A DNA stretch of 49,420 bases from an uncultured Victivallales bacterium (GTDB lineage: Bacteria > Verrucomicrobiota > Lentisphaeria > Victivallales > CAZIVM01): NCBI GenBank assembly GCA_964542845.1, contig CAZIVM010000002.1, forward strand, positions 1 through 49,420, given 5' to 3'. A program made the translations under genes and the position numbers. How positions within the stretch are numbered: the stretch's first letter is position 1; each line of letters starts with the position of its first letter. Shown piece after piece: positions 8,978 through 20,401 of this stretch. The notes beneath the pieces are model-generated. The model searched no databases. It saw only the letters and a program-made list of their open reading frames with translations, and was not told where the DNA came from.

Positions 8978-9622
8978 ATGAAAAAATTAATGATTCTCGG
9001 TGTTACCCTTGCGGGAATGGGATTTTTAACCGCTTGCGGAACTTCATCTACAGCGTTTGATCCCTCCGATCCCACAAATAACACTTTGCGTGCCATGGGA
9101 ACGGTCTCTCATGCCGAATGTATGATTGCGGCGAAAGCGGCCGCAGAAAATGCGATGTCGAGCGCCACTTACGATAATTTCTTGAAAAAATTTCGTAATG
9201 AGCAAAAAGATCCTACAGCCATTCCGCTTATGCAAGTTGGTGATATTCGTAATAACACCAATGATCCCGATTTGCAAATGAACTTAATCACGGATGAAAT
9301 TTGTGCGACTCTTCTTAATTCGGGGAAGGCGGAAGTGACTTTAGCCACGGGGCGTGATGTCTCTAAAACTTTTGCTGATGCGCGCAAATTAGCTCAAGAT
9401 CAAAATTTCAAACAGAGCACTGTTGCCAAGAAAAATACGTTGGAGGCACCGCGTCTTTCAATGGAAGGTTCGATCATCTCAAATGTGACCAAAGAGGGTC
9501 GCGACACCGTTCAAGTGTATTCTTTTAACCTCAAAATTGCGGACATCGAAACGGGGCGTGTGATTTGGACTTATAATAAACCTCTCGGTTCTAAAAAGAC
9601 ACGTCCAATTTTTGGAAGTTAA
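8978..9622 (+). CDS. LpoB-like (CsgG/LpoB fold) lipoprotein
   Basis: Lipobox LTAC; IRNNTN; GSIIS...YSFNLKIADIETGRVIW pattern; follows the ycfL-like gene, as in the ycfL-lpoB operon. Confidence 0.72.
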   Translation: MKKLMILGVTLAGMGFLTACGTSSTAFDPSDPTNNTLRAMGTVSHAECMIAAKAAAENAMSSATYDNFLKKFRNEQKDPTAIPLMQVGDIRNNTNDPDLQMNLITDEICATLLNSGKAEVTLATGRDVSKTFADARKLAQDQNFKQSTVAKKNTLEAPRLSMEGSIISNVTKEGRDTVQVYSFNLKIADIETGRVIWTYNKPLGSKKTRPIFGS

Positions 9623-9660
9623 TTTAAATTTTCATTTTTAATTTAATATTTAAAATGAAA

Positions 9661-9697
9661 AAGCGCATGAGAAAATATCTCATGCGCTTATTTTTTT
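9661..9697. terminator. Intrinsic terminator, probably bidirectional, between the convergent lpoB-like gene and gdhA
   Basis: 12-bp stem AAGCGCATGAGA-aaata-TCTCATGCGCTT, followed by a T run and preceded by an A run. Confidence 0.85.
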
Positions 9698-9718
9698 ATA
9701 TCAGACTTATCTAATAAA

Positions 9719-11089
<1,371 letters not shown>

Positions 11090-11218
11090 TTAAATGATTG
11101 TGGTCAGAGCTTCTGCCACGATGTTTTAACGATCTTATTTCGACAATGCATATAATATAAAGTGGTAACAAAAGAAAAGAAAATTGAAAGTGTAAAAAAA
11201 GTTTAAAAAAGGGTAAAG

Positions 11219-11257
11219 GTTACAAAAATGTAACATTGAATCTTACAAATTTGTCAT
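11219..11257. promoter_or_regulatory. Putative transcription-factor operator array upstream of gdhA
   Basis: Perfect palindrome GTTACA-aaaa-TGTAAC (11219-11234) followed by a degenerate copy CTTACA-aatt-TGTCAT (11242-11257). Confidence 0.5.
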
Positions 11258-11298
11258 TTTTTGCAATCTGTTTGACACGCGTTCATGATGAGATTCGT

Positions 11299-12135
11299 TT
11301 ATAATAAAACTTCTTTCCAATCCGCAATGTTTTCGGGAAGATGCAAGCAATGGCGGATTTGACCACTCGGCCCTATCACCATTTGTTTGGAAAATACATC
11401 GCATTTTTCCTTTGACTGTCCGCTATAGATTAATGGCATCATCGTTTTGAATTCTCTGCAATTACAAACCATTTCATCACCAAAAACAACTTTTGAAGAA
11501 TTTTTAATAGCGGTTTGAACGGTCAAAACTATCTCTTCCCACTCCGCCCAACTTAATGATAAGTGGGGATTTTTCCACCCTTTCCCATCAAACATAAAAG
11601 GCATCACCGAAATACTTTCAGCACCCGCAGCTAAGGCCGTAAGTACAATTTGCGAGGCTTCTTGTTTATTGATTTGTGTGATGGTGGTGCTTAATGATAA
11701 CGGAATGTTGAGTTCGTTTGCTCGCATTAACACCTCTAAAACAGATAAGTAGTTGCGCTTTGTCCCTGTTGAATCTCCGTAGGTTGTAATTCCTTGCAGG
11801 CTCACTCCCATAGAAACATTACATCGCTGAAATTGTTCTAAAATAGAGTCATTGATTCGCGATCCATTTGTAAATATTGATAGCTCAAGATTTGTTGATT
11901 GCGCGGTCCAATCTAATAAGTCTAAGAAACCTTTTTTAAGTAAGGGTTCTCCCCCTGTAAACATGACCCGTTTCCCCCCTTTTCGTACAAAGGATTCAAT
12001 AATTTTTTGCCATGTAGAAATGGGGAGTTCTCGCGAAACTAAACGCGGATTTTCATGCCACACACAATAACAGTAAGGGCAATTGTAATTACATTTTTTT
12101 GTAATTTCTATATTGAGCTCTTCGGGGATTTTCAT
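11299..12135 (-). CDS. Radical SAM enzyme with a truncated SPASM (Twitch-like) domain
   Basis: CNYNCPYC motif, FTGGEPLL, FTNG; C-terminal CxC...C-x12-G-x4-C, ending 15 aa after the last Cys. Confidence 0.9.
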   Translation of the reverse strand: MKIPEELNIEITKKCNYNCPYCYCVWHENPRLVSRELPISTWQKIIESFVRKGGKRVMFTGGEPLLKKGFLDLLDWTAQSTNLELSIFTNGSRINDSILEQFQRCNVSMGVSLQGITTYGDSTGTKRNYLSVLEVLMRANELNIPLSLSTTITQINKQEASQIVLTALAAGAESISVMPFMFDGKGWKNPHLSLSWAEWEEIVLTVQTAIKNSSKVVFGDEMVCNCREFKTMMPLIYSGQSKEKCDVFSKQMVIGPSGQIRHCLHLPENIADWKEVLL

Positions 12136-12138
12136 TGC

Positions 12139-12513
12139 TTAAACTTTAGGGATTTTCAGTTGCATGCCAACCGTGATTAAATCGGGATTATCTTTAAGTT
12201 CGGGATTCAATGCAATAATGTCTTTGACGCGATCCGCGTTTTTAAAATATTTTTTTGAAATCGAGGTTAACGTTTCGCCCTTTTGAACAATATGGATGCG
12301 ATACGTACGATTGATATTTGTTGGAATCCCAGCTTTCCATGATGTTACCCCAGGGACTCGAATTTTACCGATAAGAGGACGCGAACGTTCTTGGGGGGCG
12401 GAATCTTTCTCTTCAGCAAGCATCTCGGGCGCGACGCTTACAAGTGGAATGCCGAGTAGCACGGCTTTCGAAATCTGAATGAGTCGCGCACGATTTTTCT
12501 TTGTGAGTTTCAT
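12139..12513 (-). CDS. Small exported LysM-domain protein
   Basis: Basic then hydrophobic N-terminus (signal-peptide-like, ending EMLA); about 40-aa linker; C-terminal LysM HIVQKGETLTSISKKY...IIALNP...PDLITVGMQLKIP; GGAG RBS. Confidence 0.88.
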   Translation of the reverse strand: MKLTKKNRARLIQISKAVLLGIPLVSVAPEMLAEEKDSAPQERSRPLIGKIRVPGVTSWKAGIPTNINRTYRIHIVQKGETLTSISKKYFKNADRVKDIIALNPELKDNPDLITVGMQLKIPKV

Positions 12514-12699
12514 AGTTTCTCCTTCTAAAATAGGGTGATGTATATCTATAAGACGTTATACGATTAAAAATCTTAGGACGTGATCAAAAATATTTTTTAA
12601 TTTTTTAATTTGTTGACTTGTAAATTTGGAATTGACGCATTATATTTTATAGTTTATACGTTACTGCAATTCTCACTTTTACGCAAAGGAATTCTCATT

Positions 12700-14331
12700 A
12701 TGTCTATTCATCCATTAGCCGGGCTTCCTCCAACCCCCGATATGTTGGTTAACATTCCTAAACTTGTTTCCGACTATTTTTTACTTAAACCTGATGTTGC
12801 TATTCCAGAACAACAAGTCGCTTTTGGGACTTCGGGGCATCGTGGTAGCGCTTTAAAAATCAGTTTTACAGAAACCCATATTCTTGCGATTACGCAAGCG
12901 ATTTGTGAATATCGCACGTCTAAAGGAATTTCGGGCCCTCTTTTTCTAGGGAAAGATACGCATGCCCTCTCAGAACCTGCATTTATGACGGCGGTTGAAG
13001 TCTTAGCTGGAAATGGAATTGTGGTGATGGTTCAAATCGATGGTGGTTACACTCCGACACCTGTCATCTCGCATGCAATTCTTAACTATAATAAAAATCG
13101 TGAAGTTGCACTTGCTGATGGTGTTGTCATTACACCCTCGCACAATCCGCCAATGGATGGTGGAATCAAGTATAATCCCCCCAATGGAGGTCCAGCAGAT
13201 ACAGATATTACTGTATGGATGCAAAATCGTGCGAATGAGATTATTCGTAATGGTCTCAAAGAAGTTAAACGTATGCCGTTTGCTAAAGCGATCAAGGCGA
13301 ACACCACGATTCCGCATGACTATTTAGCCACTTATATTCCTGATCTTAAAAATGTAATTGATATGGATGTGATTCGTCATTCTGGGCTCAAGGTTGCAGC
13401 GGATGCGTTAGGGGGATCGGGATTGGCATATTGGGAACGTATTGCTGAATACTATAAGTTCAATATTGACACCTATAATTGTCAATATGATCCGACTTTC
13501 CGTTTTATGACGGTTGATCGCGATGGTAAAATTCGCATGGACTGTTCGAGTCCTTATGCGCTCGCAGGTTTAATTCAGTTCAAAGATCGCTATGACATCG
13601 CTGTGGGAAATGATCCCGACTTCGATCGTCATGGCATTGTTACACAAGACGGATTAATGAACCCTAATCATTATCTTGCCGTTGCAATTCAATATCTCTT
13701 TACTCATCGTGAGCATTGGCCTAAAGATGCACGAATTGGGAAAACATTGGTCTCTTCATCAATGATTGATCGTGTGGGTGCAAAAATTGGCAAAGCGGTT
13801 TGTGAAGTTCCCGTTGGATTTAAATGGTTTGTGAATGGCTTGGTTACGGGTGATCTTGGCTTTGGCGGTGAAGAGTCCGCGGGCGCTTCCTTCTTACGTC
13901 ATAATGGCGAAGTTTGGACGACTGACAAGGATGGTATCATTCTCGGACTCCTCGCCATGGAAATTATGGCTAAGACAGGAAAATCACCTAGTCAACATTA
14001 TCAAGAACTCTCTCAAGAGCTTGGGAATCCTATTTACACGCGTACAGATACTCCAGCGGATCGCGAACGCAAAGCTAAAATTCAAAATCTTTCACCTGAA
14101 AATGTAACCGCGGATACGATGGCAGGCGAGAAAATTCTCGCGAAATTGACACGTGCGCCTGGCAACGATGCGCCAATTGGCGGACTCAAAGTGGTGACTG
14201 AAAATGGTTGGTTTGCAGCACGTCCATCTGGCACCGAAGATATTTGTAAGGTTTATGCAGAGTCTTTCAAGGGTGAAGACCATCTTAAATGGATTTTGGA
14301 AGAAGCGCAAACTATACTTGCAAAACTCTAA
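12700..14331 (+). CDS. pgm: Phosphoglucomutase (alpha-D-glucose-1,6-bisphosphate-dependent)
   Basis: FGTSGHRG, TPSHNPP (phosphoserine), DPDFDRH and GEESAG motifs. Start placed at ATG 12700 after AAAGGA; TTGTAA-N17-TATATT at 12618-12646. Confidence 0.96.
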   Translation: MSIHPLAGLPPTPDMLVNIPKLVSDYFLLKPDVAIPEQQVAFGTSGHRGSALKISFTETHILAITQAICEYRTSKGISGPLFLGKDTHALSEPAFMTAVEVLAGNGIVVMVQIDGGYTPTPVISHAILNYNKNREVALADGVVITPSHNPPMDGGIKYNPPNGGPADTDITVWMQNRANEIIRNGLKEVKRMPFAKAIKANTTIPHDYLATYIPDLKNVIDMDVIRHSGLKVAADALGGSGLAYWERIAEYYKFNIDTYNCQYDPTFRFMTVDRDGKIRMDCSSPYALAGLIQFKDRYDIAVGNDPDFDRHGIVTQDGLMNPNHYLAVAIQYLFTHREHWPKDARIGKTLVSSSMIDRVGAKIGKAVCEVPVGFKWFVNGLVTGDLGFGGEESAGASFLRHNGEVWTTDKDGIILGLLAMEIMAKTGKSPSQHYQELSQELGNPIYTRTDTPADRERKAKIQNLSPENVTADTMAGEKILAKLTRAPGNDAPIGGLKVVTENGWFAARPSGTEDICKVYAESFKGEDHLKWILEEAQTILAKL

Positions 14332-14506
14332 AAATTGTTATATTTGCTTAAATTACGATTGGTTTTAACTTAAAAAATAAAAATAATTTAATATTTAAGC
14401 AGATACCACTTGAATAATTGCATAAACAGTATTATCTTTAAAGTAATTATATGTAGGGAAAAGTCCCCGCAAATCTCACACACAACCCTGATTTGAAGGA
14501 GTCAAA

Positions 14507-15916
14507 ATGTTAAAAGTATCACCTAAATTTGTCCCAGAATTGGATCCAAACTTTGTCCCAGCAGTGCTTTGGAACAAAGCGTTCCAAGACCTTGCTGCTA
14601 CGACAGAAGGGGCGTCTGATTTTGCAATTTGTATGCAACGTAATAATGGCGCAGTATCTCGCTTTGATACTCGTGTTTTACCACATACAACTGAAGAAAA
14701 TAAACAACTCAATATTCAATATGTAGAGCGTTTAGTTAAATATATGTTATGGATGTACGGCGGATCTACAGTTTATCTTGCTGGCGATGCAGCTCTTGCA
14801 GCTGATGTTGCTCAAATGTACACCAAAGAAGGGCGTCAAGCGTTTGATTACGACTTCTTCTCAAGCGTTTATCAACGTCCGCTCACATTCAAAACGGTCT
14901 CTTTTGCAGATGCACCTAAAAAAGCAGAAATCACAGTCCGTCTTGGTGGAAACACAGATGGCGTCCGCGTGGGTTTCGATTTAGGCGGTTCTGACCGTAA
15001 ATTTGCACTCATGGTGGATGGCGAAGTGATCGCTTCTGGCGAAACTAAATGGGATCCCTATTTCAATACGGATTGTAAATATCATGTTGAAGGTCTTGAA
15101 GATACGATTCGTCAAGCTATGGCAAAAATTCCTGAAGGTCGTCAACTTCAAGCGATTGGTGGATCAAGTGCAGGCGTGCTTGTTGATAACCAAATCCCAA
15201 TGGCATCACTTTTCCGTGGTGTAAAAGCTGCAAATAACGATGTGATGCCTGATGAAGCCCTCAATATTTTTGTGAACCTTGGCAAAAAATTCAACGTCCC
15301 TTGCGTTACCATTAATGATGGTGAAGTAACCGCACTTCTTGGCGCACAAGAACAAAAATCGAACAGCGTTTTAGGTATCTCAATGGGGACATCTGTTGCT
15401 GGTGGTTATGTTAACGAAAACGGAAATATTACTGACTGGTTGAATGAACTTGCATTTGTTCCATGTGATTACCGTGAAAATGGCCCTAAAGATGAGTGGT
15501 CAGGCGATGCAGGATGCTGTGTTCAATACTTCTGTCAACAAGGGGTTGCTCGTATTGCAAAACAAAATGGTTTCACATTCCCTGAAGGAATGAAAGATCC
15601 TGAAATTCTCGAACAAATTCAAGAACTCATGGCTAAAGGCGATGAAAAAGTGCTTAAACTTTATGAGTCAATTGGTATTATGTTTGGTTATACAATTGCA
15701 CATTTCTCCAATTTCTATGACATCAAAAAACTTTTAATCTTAGGTCGCGTAACCTCTGGTAAAGGTGGAGATTTGATTCTTGAAACGGCTGAAAAAGTGT
15801 TGAAAGCAGAATTCCCAGAACTCGCAGCGAAAATCGGTTTCTGTATTCCTGACGAAAAAAATAAACGTCATGGTCAAGCCGCCGCCGCAGCTACACTTCC
15901 TGAAATTGCTAAATAA
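14507..15916 (+). CDS. ROK family sugar kinase/regulator with a long N-terminal extension
   Basis: GFDLGGSDRK, NDGEVTAL, GISMGTSVAGG and NELAF motifs; about 150-aa N-terminal domain that is not an obvious HTH. Confidence 0.8.
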   Translation: MLKVSPKFVPELDPNFVPAVLWNKAFQDLAATTEGASDFAICMQRNNGAVSRFDTRVLPHTTEENKQLNIQYVERLVKYMLWMYGGSTVYLAGDAALAADVAQMYTKEGRQAFDYDFFSSVYQRPLTFKTVSFADAPKKAEITVRLGGNTDGVRVGFDLGGSDRKFALMVDGEVIASGETKWDPYFNTDCKYHVEGLEDTIRQAMAKIPEGRQLQAIGGSSAGVLVDNQIPMASLFRGVKAANNDVMPDEALNIFVNLGKKFNVPCVTINDGEVTALLGAQEQKSNSVLGISMGTSVAGGYVNENGNITDWLNELAFVPCDYRENGPKDEWSGDAGCCVQYFCQQGVARIAKQNGFTFPEGMKDPEILEQIQELMAKGDEKVLKLYESIGIMFGYTIAHFSNFYDIKKLLILGRVTSGKGGDLILETAEKVLKAEFPELAAKIGFCIPDEKNKRHGQAAAAATLPEIAK

Positions 15917-15939
15917 TTAAGCAATATGGAAAACTAAAT

Positions 15940-15980
15940 TAAGAGCACTACTTGTTAAGCAGGTGGTGCTCTTATTCTTT
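15940..15980 (+). terminator. Intrinsic terminator after the ROK gene
   Basis: Stem TAAGAGCACTACTTG / CAGGTGGTGCTCTTA (with G-U pairs) followed by TTCTTT. Confidence 0.75.
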
Positions 15981-16010
15981 TGAACCCAATTAAAAAAGAG
16001 AAGAGAAATT

Positions 16011-17477
16011 ATGTTAGAGATGATTGCATTTATTGGAGGATGTCTCCTTTTAATCATCGGCTATTTTACTTATGGGCGCTGGATTGAAAAAATTATCAAG
16101 CCTGATAATCGAGAAGTTCCGAGTCAAAAATATGCAGATGGGGTCGATTTCATTCCGTTGCCGCATTGGAAAAATATGTTGATCCAGCTTTTAAATATCG
16201 CGGGAATTGGCCCTGTTATTGGGGTGATTGCAGGAATTAAGTTTGGTCCTATTGCGTTTTTGATTATTCCGATTGGGAATGTTGTGGGAGGGGCAGTTCA
16301 TGACTATCTTGCGGGGATGATGTCAGCGCGTCATCGCGGTTCAAATTTGCCGAAACTTATTCGAATTATGCTCGGACCGCATATTGGTAAAATCTTCTCT
16401 TTGGTTACGATTGTGGCTCTTATGCTTGTTGTTGCTGTGTTTGTTAATGTCCCTGCCTCTATTATTTGTGGCTTACTGTGTGAGAATTATGCAAACTGTT
16501 TTGTTTATATTGTTGGCGCAATTTTACTTTATTATACCATCGCAACGCTTTTTCCCATCGATCAAATTATCGGACGTATCTATCCTATTTTTGGCGCAAT
16601 TCTTATTTTAGGTACTCTTACGCTTTTTGGCGCATTGATGGTGGATTATGTCCAAAACCCTAATATTCTTACCCCGACGCCTGAATTTATAGCTAATCAA
16701 TTTGATTTTCCGATTATCCCCATGCTTTTTGTCACGATTGCTTGTGGAATTATTTCGGGATTCCATGCAACACAAGCGCCCATTGTTGCTCGCACACAGA
16801 ATAATGAACATGAAGGACGTCAACTGTATTACGGGATGATGATTCTTGAGGGAATTATTGGGATGATATGGGCGGCTGTCGGGCTCGCCATCTATAACTA
16901 TCAACCCGAATTAATGTCTCTTGCTCCGATGAAGGCTTTGACTGCCGCCACGGAATATTTCTTAGGCGAATGGGTGTCATTAGTGGTGGTTGTTGGTGTG
17001 ATTGTGCTTGCGATTACCTCTGGCGACACGGCAATGCGTAGTTTGCGACTCACCTTAGCCGAGATGTGTCATATTTCGCAAACAAAAATCAAAAACAGAC
17101 TCCTCGTTATCGCCCCATTACTTCTCTTGGCGATTGGTTTGCTCATTTGGTCGAACCAAAGTCCAAAGTCGTTTGCACATCTTTGGAATTATTTTGCATG
17201 GACGAATCAAATCTTAGCCGTCTTTACCCTCTTTGCTGCAGCCGTGTGGCTTTTCCGTTTACGTCGTTTGGGTTGGGTGGCACTTTTGCCAGGGATGTTT
17301 ATGTGCTTTATCGTGACGACATTTATTCTATGGACCTCCCCTGAAGTCAAAGGCCCCTATGGCTTTGGACTCCACCTCCATATCGCTTATATGATTGCTG
17401 GAATCGTGACGCTTATTATTGGGGAACGCGTCTATGCTCACGGCAATTCTCATCCTATTCCTAAACGTCAAAAGTAA
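16011..17477 (+). CDS. cstA: Carbon starvation protein A (CstA) family transporter
   Basis: [36 protein letters not shown] and AITSGDTA motifs; multiple TM helices. Confidence 0.92.
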   Translation: MLEMIAFIGGCLLLIIGYFTYGRWIEKIIKPDNREVPSQKYADGVDFIPLPHWKNMLIQLLNIAGIGPVIGVIAGIKFGPIAFLIIPIGNVVGGAVHDYLAGMMSARHRGSNLPKLIRIMLGPHIGKIFSLVTIVALMLVVAVFVNVPASIICGLLCENYANCFVYIVGAILLYYTIATLFPIDQIIGRIYPIFGAILILGTLTLFGALMVDYVQNPNILTPTPEFIANQFDFPIIPMLFVTIACGIISGFHATQAPIVARTQNNEHEGRQLYYGMMILEGIIGMIWAAVGLAIYNYQPELMSLAPMKALTAATEYFLGEWVSLVVVVGVIVLAITSGDTAMRSLRLTLAEMCHISQTKIKNRLLVIAPLLLLAIGLLIWSNQSPKSFAHLWNYFAWTNQILAVFTLFAAAVWLFRLRRLGWVALLPGMFMCFIVTTFILWTSPEVKGPYGFGLHLHIAYMIAGIVTLIIGERVYAHGNSHPIPKRQK

Positions 17478-17480
17478 ATT

Positions 17481-20342
17481 ATGCAAGACAAAATCGTTAT
17501 CAAAGGCGCACGCCAACACAATCTTAAAAATATCAATCTCGAACTCCCGCGTGATAAACTTATTGTAATCACAGGGATGTCGGGCTCAGGGAAATCTTCT
17601 TTGGCCTTTGATACGCTCTATGCTGAAGGTCAGCGACGTTATGTTGAATCGTTATCAGCTTATGCGCGACAGTTTTTGGATCAAATGCAAAAACCTGACG
17701 TGGAACATATTGAGGGGCTTTCCCCTGCGATTGCCATTGAACAGCGTTCATCAGGGGCAAATCCGCGCTCTACAGTGGCTACAACCACTGAAATTTACGA
17801 TTATTTGCGTTTGCTTTATGCGAACGTTGGGATTCCGCATTGTCCGCTTTGTGGTAAAACTTTGAAGGCGCAGTCGGCGCAATCGATTGTCAATGGGATG
17901 CTTGAACTCCCGCATCATCGCAAATTAATTCTTTTATCGCCTTTGATTGTGGGACGCAAAGGGGAACACAAAGAGGTGTTTGAAAAGATGGTTCGCGAAG
18001 GATTTGTTCGGTGCAGAATCGACAATGAATTTTACGAGTTGGATGATCTTCCAACTCTTGATAAAAAGAAAAATCACTCGATTGACTTGGTGATCGACCG
18101 CCTCATGACAGGAGATGTTGAGATTTCTCGCTTAACTGAATCTGTTGAAACGGCATTGCGTTTTGGCGAAGGAAACATGACTTATCTGATTGAAGATGAG
18201 GAGCGTGCAACAGGATGGAAAACGTTTAAGGTTTCCGAACATCTTGCCTGTGTCGACTGCAATACCTCTTTTGGTAAACTTGAACCCCGACACTTCTCGT
18301 TTAATGCGCCACATGGGGCTTGCCCCCATTGTAACGGTATTGGAGCGCTTTTGGTTGCTGATCCACAGCGCGTGATTCCTTTCCCCGAAAAAAGTATCAA
18401 AAAGGGCGCTATCCCTGATTTTCGAAAAGGACCGCGCCATGTCATTATTTATTACAACTTTCTTCTTGAGCGTATGGCGGAACATCTTAAATATCCTGCA
18501 ATGCTGACCACGCCATGGAAAGATTTGCCCCCTAAGATTCAACATACATTGCTTTATGGAACGACAGAAGAGGTCAATTTCGATTACACGTTGCGTCGGA
18601 AACACTACACCATGCGAAAACCTTTTGAGGGGATTTTGGCCAACTTAGAGCGTCGTTATCGTGAGACAGAAACTGACTCCGTTCGTGCGCGTTTACGAGA
18701 ACTCATGGATTGGCAAACGTGCCCCAAATGTCATGGGGGGAGACTTAAGCCCGAATACCTAGCCGTGACCGTGAATAAATTAAATATTGATCAGTTTAAT
18801 CGACTCCCCATTGATGAGGCCTACACGTTTATTGAAACGTTACCTCAGCACCTGACAACCGAACACCAACAAATTGCGCGCGATATTCTTCGCGAAATTA
18901 GAGATCGACTCTCTTTCTTGCAAAATGTGGGCCTTAATTATTTATCGCTCAATCGTGAAGCAGGCTCACTTTCAGGGGGAGAAGCGCAACGGATTCGTTT
19001 AGCATCACAACTCGGCGCAGGGTTAGTGGGTGTTCTTTACATCCTTGATGAGCCCTCAATTGGCTTACATCAGCGCGACAATGATCGCTTGATTCGTACG
19101 CTTTCTGAACTTCGTGATGCAGGGAATACCGTTTTGGTGGTTGAACACGATTTAGATACCATCCGTGCCGCGGATTATGTGGTTGATTTAGGGCCAGCAG
19201 CAGGACGTCATGGAGGTGAAATTGTCGCCCAAGGTACGCCGAAACAAATTGAAAAGAATAAGAATTCTGTTACGGGAAAATATCTAAATGGAGATGCGGG
19301 AATTCCCGTTCCGTCCGTCCGTCATAAAGGGAATGGTAAAACGCTCACAATTAAGGGGTGTCAACAAAACAATCTTAAGAATGTCAATGTTGAAATTCCA
19401 TTAGGCACGTTCACTTGCATTACAGGTGTTTCGGGGTCTGGAAAATCATCTTTTATTGATGAAACTTTGCGTCCTATTCTGGAAAATCATTTAGCTTCAG
19501 CGCGTGCAATTAAGCAACCTGAGGGGAAACATAAAAGTGTAGATGGCCTCAAGCATATTCACCGTTTGATTAGTATTGATCAAGCGCCTATTGGGCGTAC
19601 ACCCCGTTCAAATCCAGCCACTTACACAGATGCGTTTACCCCAATTCGTTATCTTTTTGCCAATCTTCCTGAATCCAAAATGCGCGGTTTTACGCCGGGG
19701 CGTTTTTCATTCAATGTTAAGGGAGGGCGTTGCGAAGAGTGTAAAGGCGATGGCATCAAAAAGATTGAGATGCTTTTTTTGCCCGATGTGTTTGTGACAT
19801 GTAGTGCTTGTAATGGCGAACGTTTTAATCGCGAAACGTTGTCTGTACGATTCAAGGGGAAAACCATTGCAGATATCCTGAATATGACCGTCTCAGAAGC
19901 CCTTGAAATCTTTGAACATCACACGACGATTGCGCGTAAACTCCAATCCCTTGAAGATGTGGGGTTGGGTTATCTTCACATGGGGCAGTCTGCGACTACG
20001 CTTTCAGGAGGAGAAGCCCAACGTGTCAAGCTTGCCACTGAATTAGCCAAAGTCCCTAAAGGACACACGCTTTATATCTTGGATGAACCCACCACAGGAT
20101 TACATCTTGCCGATATTGAACATTTGCTTAAAATCATTTATAAACTTCGTGATCTCGGCCATACGGTGGTGGTGATTGAACACAATTTAGATGTGATTAA
20201 GACGGCGGACTATATTATTGATATGGGGCCCGAAGGGGGCGTGGGTGGCGGAAAAGTCATTGCACAAGGCACGCCCGAACAAGTGGTTAAAACCAAAAAA
20301 TCGTATACAGGTCAATACCTTGCGCCACTTTTATCGTCTTAA
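17481..20342 (+). CDS. uvrA: Excinuclease ABC subunit A
   Basis: GARQHNLK; two ABC ATPase domains (GMSGSGKS and GVSGSGKS; LSGGEAQR twice); zinc-finger CxxC pairs. Confidence 0.98.
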   Translation: MQDKIVIKGARQHNLKNINLELPRDKLIVITGMSGSGKSSLAFDTLYAEGQRRYVESLSAYARQFLDQMQKPDVEHIEGLSPAIAIEQRSSGANPRSTVATTTEIYDYLRLLYANVGIPHCPLCGKTLKAQSAQSIVNGMLELPHHRKLILLSPLIVGRKGEHKEVFEKMVREGFVRCRIDNEFYELDDLPTLDKKKNHSIDLVIDRLMTGDVEISRLTESVETALRFGEGNMTYLIEDEERATGWKTFKVSEHLACVDCNTSFGKLEPRHFSFNAPHGACPHCNGIGALLVADPQRVIPFPEKSIKKGAIPDFRKGPRHVIIYYNFLLERMAEHLKYPAMLTTPWKDLPPKIQHTLLYGTTEEVNFDYTLRRKHYTMRKPFEGILANLERRYRETETDSVRARLRELMDWQTCPKCHGGRLKPEYLAVTVNKLNIDQFNRLPIDEAYTFIETLPQHLTTEHQQIARDILREIRDRLSFLQNVGLNYLSLNREAGSLSGGEAQRIRLASQLGAGLVGVLYILDEPSIGLHQRDNDRLIRTLSELRDAGNTVLVVEHDLDTIRAADYVVDLGPAAGRHGGEIVAQGTPKQIEKNKNSVTGKYLNGDAGIPVPSVRHKGNGKTLTIKGCQQNNLKNVNVEIPLGTFTCITGVSGSGKSSFIDETLRPILENHLASARAIKQPEGKHKSVDGLKHIHRLISIDQAPIGRTPRSNPATYTDAFTPIRYLFANLPESKMRGFTPGRFSFNVKGGRCEECKGDGIKKIEMLFLPDVFVTCSACNGERFNRETLSVRFKGKTIADILNMTVSEALEIFEHHTTIARKLQSLEDVGLGYLHMGQSATTLSGGEAQRVKLATELAKVPKGHTLYILDEPTTGLHLADIEHLLKIIYKLRDLGHTVVVIEHNLDVIKTADYIIDMGPEGGVGGGKVIAQGTPEQVVKTKKSYTGQYLAPLLSS

Positions 20343-20358
20343 ACGTCGATGCTTAATA

Positions 20359-20397
20359 AAAAGTGATGCAAAATTTTATTGATTTTGCAGCACTTTT
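20359..20397. terminator. Hairpin between convergent uvrA and clpC, probable bidirectional terminator
   Basis: AAAAGTGaTGCAAAAT...ATTTTGCAgCACTTTT imperfect inverted repeat filling the intergenic gap. Confidence 0.6.
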
Positions 20398-20401
20398 GTC
20401 A

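Noticed and set aside
11299-12135. PqqE, NirJ/Ahb or MoaA assignment for the radical SAM enzyme
   Set aside because: No pqq, heme or molybdopterin genes are nearby, the C-terminal domain is shorter than a full SPASM, and there is no MoaA C-terminal GG.
12610-12699. Upstream-extended starts in the ORF track (pgm 12610, lspA 2266, trmL 2828, ptrB 28299, portal 31701, pstS 32627, pmbA 39288)
   Set aside because: These extensions overlap promoters or upstream genes; downstream ATGs fit the RBS, gene coupling or family N-termini better.
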